Notes: generated by a model from the letters alone, not told the origin. 64,000 bases of DNA from Thermoplasmatales archaeon (GCA_027310185.1 DAIDBH010000017.1:222407-286406); one strand, 5' to 3'; shown: positions 31,656 to 40,247, numbered from the stretch's first letter. Program-made: numbers and translations.

Positions 31656-32401
31656 TTTATTTCACCTCTTATTACCTTTGAAATCTCAGATACACCCTTA
31701 TCCATGTCATCAAAAATCAACCTCTTTCTGTCACTCTTTGGGGCAAGGTTGCTGATTATCCTTGGTGTTTCAAAGTTCCCAGCCGGTGCCGGAACAGTGT
31801 TTATGGGTTTCCTTCCAGCTGCCATTATCTGAAGAACGGGAGGAAGCCTTGGCTGATTTATTTCCTGGGTTACGGAAACAATGCATGGTTTTCCGGCAGA
31901 TATTATTTCATCCTTCTCGTCTAGGACTCTCTTTATCCTTATCCTTTCTCCTTCCACTGACACGCTGACTGCGTTGCCCAGAAGCGGCATGTTCAATTCT
32001 GTGGAAAGGAGTCCCGGGAGCAAACCTGTGTAAGAATCCGCTGACTGATTTCCGAGTATCACACAGTCAACACTTCCGAGTTCCTTTATCTTGCTTCCTA
32101 AAACTGAAGCTGTGTAGGCTGGGTTATTTCCCTTATACCCAGTTATTATGAACCCTTCATCAACACCCATCGCGTAGGCCTCCTTCATTGCTGAGTTTGA
32201 TTTTTCAGTTCCAAAAATGATTCCTGTTACCTTTCCTCCATTCTTTTCCTTAAGTTGCACTGCAGCCTCAATGGAGTTCTTGCTCAGGTTCTCAATCCTC
32301 AATGGTATGTTCTGAGTGAGTGGTTCACCAGTGTTTGGATCTGTCTTGAGCTGGTCTATATCTATTATCTGTTTGACTAAAACAACTATATTCATTGCCA
32401 T
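31652..32401 (-). CDS. etfB: Electron transfer flavoprotein subunit beta
   Basis: MNIVVLVKQ, EAYAMGVD, LGNQSAD, INQPRLP; stop overlaps etfA start. Confidence 0.93.
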   Translation of the reverse strand: MAMNIVVLVKQIIDIDQLKTDPNTGEPLTQNIPLRIENLSKNSIEAAVQLKEKNGGKVTGIIFGTEKSNSAMKEAYAMGVDEGFIITGYKGNNPAYTASVLGSKIKELGSVDCVILGNQSADSYTGLLPGLLSTELNMPLLGNAVSVSVEGERIRIKRVLDEKDEIISAGKPCIVSVTQEINQPRLPPVLQIMAAGRKPINTVPAPAGNFETPRIISNLAPKSDRKRLIFDDMDKGVSEISKVIRGEIK

Positions 32402-32557
32402 ATCGATCACTCCTGTTCCCTATTGTTTTCAAGGTAAATATTTCTTACCTGCTTTAAACAGCTGGTAATTTTTTGATAATTAATGAATGTGTCGATTTCG
32501 TATGTCGATATCGAAAATATATTTATGTTAAATATGTATATGGCTCATGGTGAAATA

Positions 32558-33748
32558 GTGAATAACGACTCGGTTCATATAATAGATTTCAAGAGAAGTG
32601 CGTTCTCAAGGTCAAGACCCCAGGATCCAGAGAGGGACATGCTTAACTCAATGAGAATGGATGAGGTGCTGGGACATCTTATAAAAGATACAGTATCCAG
32701 AAATGGAATCAATACAGATGATATTGATGATGTGATAACAGGGTGCGCTATCCAGGCTGATGAGAACTGGACATATGGTGGAAGACATCCAGTGTTCATG
32801 GGAGGGATGCCTTTCAATGTACCAAGTATGTCGCTGGACAGGGCATGTTCGTCATCACTCAATGCAATTTCAATTGGCGCAATGGAAATAATGACTGGAA
32901 ACTCCAGGATAGTACTTGCAGGTGGAATGGAACATATGACTCATGTACCACTAAGCAACAATCCCCACGTGAAGCCAAACATGAAACTCATGGTCAGACC
33001 TGAATTCATGAAATACCAGATGAATATTTCATACAACATGCTTGCAACTGCTGAAAAACTGGCTGCATTGAGAAACATAGGAAGGGATGAGATGGATGAA
33101 TATGCCTATGAGAGCCATGTGAGAGCAGTGAAGGGTATAGAAAGTGGTTTTTTCAAGGAAGAAATACTTCCACTGGAAGTTGAGAATGATGGTAAAACAG
33201 TGATTTTCGACAGAGATCAGGCAGTAAGGAAGGATGCAACTCTGGAAGGTATGAAGAAACTAAAGCCAATTCTGAAGGAAGATGGTGTTATAACAGCAGG
33301 GAACTCATCTCCCCTGAATGCAGGTGCGTCTCTTGTTGCTCTTGCAAGTGGAGATAAAGTCAGGGAATATGGCTTCAGCCCAATGGCCAAGATACTGAGC
33401 TTCGGATGGGCTGGAGTGGACCCGTCAATAATGGGCGAAGGTCCTGTACCGGCAACGAAAAAGGCTCTCGAAAGAGCTGGTCTCAAGCCCGATGATATTG
33501 ATCTTTGGGAAATCAACGAAGCCTTTGCAGTCGTTGTACTTAATGCCATGAAAGCCTTTGACATACCGAGGGAGAAGGTAAATATTTATGGAGGAGGAAT
33601 TTCCATAGGCCACCCTCTTGGAGCAACAGGTGCAAGAATAGCTGGAACACTGGCGAGAGAGTTAAAGGAGAAAGGTAAGAGATATGGAGTTGCTACCCTC
33701 TGCGTTGGAGGAGGGCAGGGATATTCCATTGTTGTGGAGGCTGAGTGA
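32558..33748 (+). CDS. Acetyl-CoA C-acyltransferase (thiolase)
   Basis: RACSSSL catalytic Cys, NEAFA, GHPLGATG, CVGGGQG; probable GTG start after GGTGA SD (ATG 32540 also possible). Confidence 0.93.
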   Translation: MNNDSVHIIDFKRSAFSRSRPQDPERDMLNSMRMDEVLGHLIKDTVSRNGINTDDIDDVITGCAIQADENWTYGGRHPVFMGGMPFNVPSMSLDRACSSSLNAISIGAMEIMTGNSRIVLAGGMEHMTHVPLSNNPHVKPNMKLMVRPEFMKYQMNISYNMLATAEKLAALRNIGRDEMDEYAYESHVRAVKGIESGFFKEEILPLEVENDGKTVIFDRDQAVRKDATLEGMKKLKPILKEDGVITAGNSSPLNAGASLVALASGDKVREYGFSPMAKILSFGWAGVDPSIMGEGPVPATKKALERAGLKPDDIDLWEINEAFAVVVLNAMKAFDIPREKVNIYGGGISIGHPLGATGARIAGTLARELKEKGKRYGVATLCVGGGQGYSIVVEAE

Positions 33749-34864
33749 ATGAATTTTGATCTGGACAAAGATCTTGAGGAATACAGAAACAGGGTTAGGG
33801 AGTTCTCCCTAAAGGAATTTGGAAACGAAGTTGCATCAAAATATGATCTGGAAGAGAAATATCCTGATGAATTGAGACTGAAAGCCCTGAAGGAGGGAAT
33901 TATAGATTTTTCTAACCCGTGGAAAACCATGATAGGAATAGAAGAAATGTGCCGTGTGGACCCTGGTCTTGGTATTTCCGTAACAGTACCCTATTTTGGA
34001 GCAGAGGTGTTGATGCTTCATGGAAGCGATTACCTGAGGGAGAATTATCTTGGTAAGGTGGCTGCTGGAAAGAAAATAATGGGACTGGGAGTAACAGAAC
34101 CTGGAGGAGGAAGTGATGTTGCTGGACTGAAGACTGTTGCCAGGAAAGAGGGTGATAAATATATCGTGAATGGATCGAAAATGTTCATAACGAATGGGAC
34201 CCTGGCTGACTTTTTCGTGATGCTTGTCAGGACATCTCCACCTGATGACCCTCAGAAGAGGCACAGAGGGCTGAGTGTGCTTGTCGTTGAAAGAGCATTC
34301 AAGGGATTTGATTCCAACAAACTTACTGGAAAACTGGGGGTAAGGGCTACAAACACAGGGGAACTCATATTGAATAATGTTGAGGTTCCAGTCGCGAATC
34401 TTGTAGGTGAAGAGGGCAAGGGGTTCTATTACATAATGGAATTCTTCAACATATCAAGGATTTTCGTTGCTGCGCAATCCATAGGCATTGCACAGGGAGT
34501 ACTTGACAGGACCACTGAGTACCTAAAGAAACTGGAAAGGGATGGAAAATATGTTGGGGAGGAGAGGAAGTTCAAGCTTGCCGAAATTGCAACTAGAGTG
34601 GAGGCTTCCAGACTCCTTATGTACAAGGCCGCAAGCTTCCTCTTCAATTACACACCAAACCCTACGCTTACCAGCATGGCTAAGGGTTATGCTTCAGAAA
34701 CGGCAAGTTTTGCAGCTGAAACAGCCATGGAGATCACGGGACAGACCGGACTCAACAGTGAGATTGAAAGATTCTTCAGGGACTCCAAGATAATGGAAAT
34801 CTGGGAAGGAACAAGTGAAGTGGAGAAGATAGTTATATCAAGAATGATTTTGAAAGGTGATTAG
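33749..34864 (+). CDS. Acyl-CoA dehydrogenase (canonical motifs)
   Basis: TEPGGGSDV, NGSKMFITNG, KLGVRA, FRDSKIMEIWEGTSE. Confidence 0.93.
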   Translation: MNFDLDKDLEEYRNRVREFSLKEFGNEVASKYDLEEKYPDELRLKALKEGIIDFSNPWKTMIGIEEMCRVDPGLGISVTVPYFGAEVLMLHGSDYLRENYLGKVAAGKKIMGLGVTEPGGGSDVAGLKTVARKEGDKYIVNGSKMFITNGTLADFFVMLVRTSPPDDPQKRHRGLSVLVVERAFKGFDSNKLTGKLGVRATNTGELILNNVEVPVANLVGEEGKGFYYIMEFFNISRIFVAAQSIGIAQGVLDRTTEYLKKLERDGKYVGEERKFKLAEIATRVEASRLLMYKAASFLFNYTPNPTLTSMAKGYASETASFAAETAMEITGQTGLNSEIERFFRDSKIMEIWEGTSEVEKIVISRMILKGD

Positions 34865-34865
34865 A

Positions 34866-35873
34866 ATGAATGAACAGGCTGAATTGATGAGGGAGACGGT
34901 TAAGGAATTTGCAGATAAAAACCTGAAAGATCTGGCATTGAAAGTTGAAAGGGATGGTATTCCAGAGATCATAAGGGAGAAGATGATTGAACAGGGATTC
35001 CTTGGCTCAAATCTCAACACAGAGATGGGTGGTGCTGGACTTGATCCACTGAGCCACAGGCTGATGTTGTTTGAACTGGCAAAGGTATCTCCTTCAGTTG
35101 CAGCATATATTTTCTTCCACAACGATCTTGTCCTGAGACTACTTTCAGACAAAGGCAAAAGAGAACTGATCAAATCAGTGATAGATGGGCACGATTCCTA
35201 TGCAATATCCATATCAAGATTGACTGATGATGAAGTTGATGATAGAGGGAACGGAATCCTGAAGAGAGCCATGAACAACAGGTCCAATAGATATATTGAT
35301 CTTGCAGATGACGACTCTGTGTTTACAGGCAGTGGTGTTGCTGAACAGGTCAAGGGTTTCAAGCCCCTGGGTATGAGAGGCATTGGAGTCTGCGATTTCA
35401 GACCTTCAAACAGGGAAGAGATTGGGAAGAAGTCTGATCTGGAAACTATTCTTGTCCATTCATCTGATGATATCAGTGCAATTTTTCTCGGGATAACAGA
35501 TGGGGCACTTGACAAGGCTATTGAATACACTAAGGTTAGAAAGACTTTCAACGAACCACTGAAGAATTATGAACCGGTGGCTTTCAGAATTGCGGAACTA
35601 AAGTCAGAACTTGAAATACTTAAATTTGCCCTGTTTGCAGAAGATGCTGATGAAATGAGAATGCTGATGCTCAAGGATTTATCGGCCTCCCTGGCAAGGA
35701 AGGCCACTAAATATGCACTCCAGTTCCATGGTGGTTACGGATATCTGGAAGATTTCGGAGTGGAGAAATACTACAGGGATTCGGTTGCACTCAATGCAAT
35801 CATTTACAGGCCGGTTGAAGACAAGAGATTCCTTGCAACAAAAGTCTATGATGGTAAATCAGGGTATATCTGA
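34866..35873 (+). CDS. Divergent acyl-CoA dehydrogenase-like protein (possible beta subunit)
   Basis: ACAD N- and C-terminal folds (YTKVRKTFNEPL, ALQFHGGYGY, EKYYRD) but lacks TEP..GSD, KxFIT and EGT motifs. Confidence 0.8.
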   Translation: MNEQAELMRETVKEFADKNLKDLALKVERDGIPEIIREKMIEQGFLGSNLNTEMGGAGLDPLSHRLMLFELAKVSPSVAAYIFFHNDLVLRLLSDKGKRELIKSVIDGHDSYAISISRLTDDEVDDRGNGILKRAMNNRSNRYIDLADDDSVFTGSGVAEQVKGFKPLGMRGIGVCDFRPSNREEIGKKSDLETILVHSSDDISAIFLGITDGALDKAIEYTKVRKTFNEPLKNYEPVAFRIAELKSELEILKFALFAEDADEMRMLMLKDLSASLARKATKYALQFHGGYGYLEDFGVEKYYRDSVALNAIIYRPVEDKRFLATKVYDGKSGYI

Positions 35874-35938
35874 TTCCACCAATTTGCTCTATTTTCAAGA
35901 TTAACCTTGAAATTGACCTCAAATAACACATTTAACAT

Positions 35939-36424
35939 TTATATATTCAACTTCTTGTAATTTTTTGCCACAAACAGTATAAGGAAATAAAGTATGATTG
36001 AAAGTAAAACTGCTGCCAGCATTATGAGTGAAAATGCGCTGTTGTTAAAATATACGTCAACAATAAAAAGTCCTACAACAGCCGCACCTAACTGGGCTAA
36101 TAGGGCCATGAATGTTAGTATGGAGAAAATAAGCCCGTATTTGATTGATATCATGGAAAGATACAGACTCCATATTATCAGGACCAGACCTATGACTCCG
36201 TGAAGAAATAGAGGTATGCTGCTTCCCGAGAATATAAAATGAAATGTGTTGAGCAGCCCTCTGGTTCTACCTGATGTGCTAAGCGGAGAGCTAATAGTAA
36301 AAGCCGAAATTATACCTGTTACAAACTCGAGTGCGAGAATGAATAGGGCGATTTTTGTCATTTTTCTAAGATAGAGAAAATTTGCCTCTTCCATTATCTC
36401 CATGGGATAACCATTGAACTTCAT
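35939..36424 (-). CDS. Hypothetical four-helix membrane protein
   Basis: Four hydrophobic segments, two His (FHFI, LHGV); start uncertain. Confidence 0.6.
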   Translation of the reverse strand: MKFNGYPMEIMEEANFLYLRKMTKIALFILALEFVTGIISAFTISSPLSTSGRTRGLLNTFHFIFSGSSIPLFLHGVIGLVLIIWSLYLSMISIKYGLIFSILTFMALLAQLGAAVVGLFIVDVYFNNSAFSLIMLAAVLLSIILYFLILFVAKNYKKLNI

Positions 36425-36567
36425 TACATAATCATATGCAATATAATTTTAGATTGATGTGCTCCCCTTATCATTTGGACACATCTTTATTATAGAAATT
36501 AAATTATTAAACTTAAACAGAAGCTTTTCTAAAACAAAAAAGTGGCAATGGTATATAAATATCAACA

Positions 36568-36582
36568 ATATATATATATATA
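36568..36582 (+). repeat. (AT)n tract at TATA-box position upstream of cassette copy A
   Basis: ATATATATATATATA, 20-34 nt upstream of ATG 36602. Confidence 0.7.
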
Positions 36583-36601
36583 ATAAAGTTGTTTCATTAA
36601 C

Positions 36602-37783
36602 ATGGATCAAAAAATAAAAGTTATTGTATCTGTTTTGATTACATTTGCAATGATATTCGGTGGGCTAATGACATTAATGCAATCTCCTGAAGATCAAAAC
36701 CATTCAATATGGAAAGAAAGGGAAAAATCAGTTGGGAACCAGATGGTCATGTCTTATGTGGAATCCGTAAAGGATAACAATCTAAGTGACAAAATGTCCT
36801 TCGGGTTCTATCAGTGGCTTAACAAAAGAGGATTGACCATAAAAAGGGTCTTAGACTGCCCATCTAACATATTATTGAAAGACTTTTTGACTTTTATTGG
36901 AGAAAGCCCTTATTACAAATCTTTATTTAAAAAAATAACACTGAAAGAGGAAAGGGCTTTTCAAAAGGAAAATCAGAGAGAAATGAAAATATTTTTATCG
37001 AGGTTAGAAAACAATACACTGGGAAAATTTAAGCTTCAAAGGACCATGACAATAGGAAGAATGAATTCGGTTAAGGTATATAACCTAAGAGCTAGTAACG
37101 AAACAGCTTACGCTTTTAAGATAAGTTCCGATGCTCTTCCGAAAGCAATTTGTACAGATTACGGGGAATGGTTAATGGTAAGTGTTAACTATTTTAAGTA
37201 CTCCCTTATATTTACAACGATTACTTACGGAGAACATGACACATCAAATGTGGTTTATCTAGGAAAAAGTGCACAGAACTATTTTAACGATGTTACTTCC
37301 GATACTTCTAATTATGGACTTTTGTCTACAGTAATTTTAGGTGTATTGGGAGTAGGAATGGGGGCAGCTCTTGCAACAGTTGGAGTTTCTATTTTAGTTT
37401 CAGCCATTGTGGCTTCAGTAATATTAGCAGTTGGTGTTGCTGAGTATATTGAATCAGCACACGTTAGTTCTAAGCTTTTGGAGCTTTATGAATCAACGTA
37501 CGCAAATGAAAATACAGGAAAAAAATATATATGGTTGTATGATTCAATAAATTATTATTATCCACTACAATCATTTGGTGTTGGTTCACTAGACTCATCC
37601 ATAGGTGAATACGGTTATCTTAGCAATGGAAACACGGTGACTATATTCCCAAATGTACCTATGATAGCGGACGGTGGTGTTGAAGGAATTGTCTATATCT
37701 CAGATATAAGTGGAGCTATACACAGCATAGCCAATACGGTCGGATGGAATAACTGGGCATATCAGGGGTGTTATAAGAATTGA
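36602..37783 (+). CDS. Secreted protein with internal 41-aa hydrophobic hairpin; candidate pore-forming toxin/archaeocin (copy A)
   Basis: Signal peptide, charged pro-like region, conserved C-terminal domain; clear paralog of 49420-50604. CDS is secure, function is inferred. Confidence 0.8.
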   Translation: MDQKIKVIVSVLITFAMIFGGLMTLMQSPEDQNHSIWKEREKSVGNQMVMSYVESVKDNNLSDKMSFGFYQWLNKRGLTIKRVLDCPSNILLKDFLTFIGESPYYKSLFKKITLKEERAFQKENQREMKIFLSRLENNTLGKFKLQRTMTIGRMNSVKVYNLRASNETAYAFKISSDALPKAICTDYGEWLMVSVNYFKYSLIFTTITYGEHDTSNVVYLGKSAQNYFNDVTSDTSNYGLLSTVILGVLGVGMGAALATVGVSILVSAIVASVILAVGVAEYIESAHVSSKLLELYESTYANENTGKKYIWLYDSINYYYPLQSFGVGSLDSSIGEYGYLSNGNTVTIFPNVPMIADGGVEGIVYISDISGAIHSIANTVGWNNWAYQGCYKN

Positions 37784-38163
37784 TAACGGCTTTATATGAA
37801 TCTAAAATCATAGTGTTTTTTGCAGTTATGGCTGATATTTTGATAGGGGTTTTCGCCGTTTTATATTATTCCACTAGATACGGACCTCCGAAAGCAGGAA
37901 ACAAAAAATGGGAATCACAGAGGGCTTACAGGAATTATTATACATTCTTAGCTTACATTTTTGAGGGAATAATTGTAATTACATTATTTATTCTTACAAA
38001 CTTTTTATATGACAAGAATTTAAACGCAAGTGAAGTCATAATCGTAGAGTTTGTTTCCCTTTTTGCTTTAATGCTAATTGGGTTGTCAATTGGGGAATAT
38101 TTTAGAGCTAAAAAATTTAATCTTACACTTAGATATGCATTTATAAACGGACCTAAAAAATAG
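37780..38163 (+). CDS. 127-aa three-TM membrane protein; candidate immunity protein (copy A)
   Basis: TTG start overlapping upstream TGA (TTGA), GGGGTG SD-like motif; paralog of 49040-49423 (RYG.P..G.KKWESQ.AYR, TNFL, GEY.R..KF). Confidence 0.8.
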   Translation: MITALYESKIIVFFAVMADILIGVFAVLYYSTRYGPPKAGNKKWESQRAYRNYYTFLAYIFEGIIVITLFILTNFLYDKNLNASEVIIVEFVSLFALMLIGLSIGEYFRAKKFNLTLRYAFINGPKK

Positions 38164-38276
38164 CTTTAAACTTTATTTGGATATTTACTGATATTCTTTT
38201 CAATAATTCTAGGGAGTTCTTTATGGAAGATGTTAATGAATGGCTCTTTAATTTTACAATAATTATTGTTCATTAG

Positions 38277-39045
38277 CTACATAATTATACCCCCATTCAG
38301 GAACTTAATGTCCCAGCTTTTTGCGAATGTTTTACTGTCTGAAAGCTTCATGAATCCTTTTTTTATTGTATCCTTCAGATCCCCTTCGGAATTAATCAAT
38401 GCCGTTGACACAATTCTCTTGACACTCTTCCATATGAATTCAATGGGATTCGGATCAGGTGAATATTGTGGAAGGAATATGATTTTTATATCCAGCATAT
38501 TGGCAACATCTATAACCAGTCCTGAATGATATGATCAGAAATTGTACAGTATGATCATAATCGTTTTTCCAGGATTCTGTTCCCTTATTTTCCTCAAGAA
38601 AGAAACAACATTCTCCTTCCTGGAATGATTCTGGAAGTCAACAACACTGTTTCCGTTGAGAGAATAGAATCCAAAGGTGTTTGCCCTCTACTTTGACGTA
38701 TCCTTTGTAATTTCCGGTTTATGGAACGATCACAATCTTACGGTGTTTGCAGTTGTCTGTGGCGCAGATTCATCAAATAATCCTAGTGTGATCTCTTCAA
38801 TGGATATGGTACCTAATTTTTTTTAGAGTATCCTAAGCATTTCCTGGTCTTCTCTTATCATTCGGGTATGGCTTTGCATGCCTCATCCCCATCTTTTTTA
38901 TTATGACCAATACCTGTTTCATTGTATATTCAATTCCAAACTGTTCCATTATAATGATCCTGACCTGTGCTGTTGTGTATTGTCCGTTTTTAAGTTTCTC
39001 CTTCAGTAATTCCTTCTGTTCTTCAGACATCTTTGATAGGCATTT
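38277..39045 (-). pseudogene. IS630-family transposase remnant (multiple in-frame stops, 5' part missing)
   Basis: HTH GIEYTMKQV..IIKKMGMRHAKPYP; A8 slippery tract (T8 at 38817-38824); FDESAPQT, ANTFGFY, FLPQYSPDPNPIEFIW DDE motifs interrupted by stops. Confidence 0.88.
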
Positions 39046-39520
39046 ACACTTGACAAGCTTGTATGAATCTTCCCTGTCATTCTTCTTTGAGGACTTGAAT
39101 ATGATGGATAACTTGAAAGGATCTGCAAGATGAACATGGAAGCCCATGTCCCTCAGCTTTCCTGCAATATATTTTCCTGTCGTTGATACTTCCAGTGCAA
39201 TCTCAGGATTGAGATCAATATACCTTGATCTGAACTGTTCTAATTCATTTATATTATTCCCAATCTCAGACTGTTCCATGATTTTTTCATCATCATCCAA
39301 TACCATGTAGATTTCGATCAACTCCTGGTGGTTGTTTGTTGAAAAAGAGGAGATATTTCGACATGCTTCTATTTACCATTGCTGCATTATATTAAGAATC
39401 GAATGGCAGCCAATCTAGATAGCAACCTCCTGAGTCAAGAAATCCTTCTATTACCTCTCCAACTCTCAGGCTGACACCGTCATGTTAACATGGTCAAAAG
39501 AACTTCTTTTCATGACATCT
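39046..39520 (-). mobile_element. IS110-family remnant: N-terminal DEDD-domain fragment plus 5' non-coding leader
   Basis: IALEVSTTGKYIAGKLRDMGFHVHLADP...KKNDREDSYKL matches the IS110 RuvC-like N-domain pattern; fused in frame to the IS630 HTH; boundaries approximate. Confidence 0.72.
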
Positions 39521-39713
39521 AAGAGGTCCAGATTATGGAAATTTAGGAAAATTACTGAATTTCCCTAAAAGTTGTAATTTCTCAGAGTCAATTACCACCA
39601 TGTTTTTGATTTCCAATTTTCCAGTAGCCTGAACTTTGACTATTTTGAAAATTTCTTTAAATTTAGTAAAGTTTACTTCATAATATTTAATTATACTTTG
39701 TTGATGAACTGCT

Positions 39714-40247
39714 ATGTATACAAAAAGAGGAGATAGGGGAGAAACCGATACAGGCACAGGAATGAGGGTTACAAAGGGATCCGCCATTATTGATACAGAG
39801 GGAGACATAGATGAGGTGAACTCATTCATAGGTTTTGCCCTCGTTAACACGAGATGGGACGATATAAGAGAAGACCTCCAGCAGATTCAGGTGGATTTAT
39901 TTACCCTTGGAGAACATATAACAACTCAGGGCACGAGAAGAACAATAACCCCAGAAAGAGTGAAGTGGCTCGAGGACAGGGTAACATATTACAGGAAGGA
40001 GTACGGGAAGATAAGGTTGTTCGTGATCCCGGGAGGAAGCAAGGAGGCTACAAGCCTGCACATGGCAAGAACTGTCTGCAGAAGACTGGAGAGGGATCTG
40101 GTAAAATCGAAGTCAGAAGTGGAAATCCCTGCAGTCCTTGAAGAATATGCAAACAGGCTGTCTTCAGTTCTATTCTTCCACGCACTTGTTTCCAATAAGA
40201 GACTTGGAATTGAGGAAAGAATATTCTATCTCAGGGAACTTCCATAG
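39714..40247 (+). CDS. pduO: ATP:cob(I)alamin adenosyltransferase, PduO type
   Basis: MYTKRGDRGET, EGDIDEVNSFIG, FVIPGG, LHMARTVCRRLER, YANRLSSVLF. Confidence 0.93.
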   Translation: MYTKRGDRGETDTGTGMRVTKGSAIIDTEGDIDEVNSFIGFALVNTRWDDIREDLQQIQVDLFTLGEHITTQGTRRTITPERVKWLEDRVTYYRKEYGKIRLFVIPGGSKEATSLHMARTVCRRLERDLVKSKSEVEIPAVLEEYANRLSSVLFFHALVSNKRLGIEERIFYLRELP

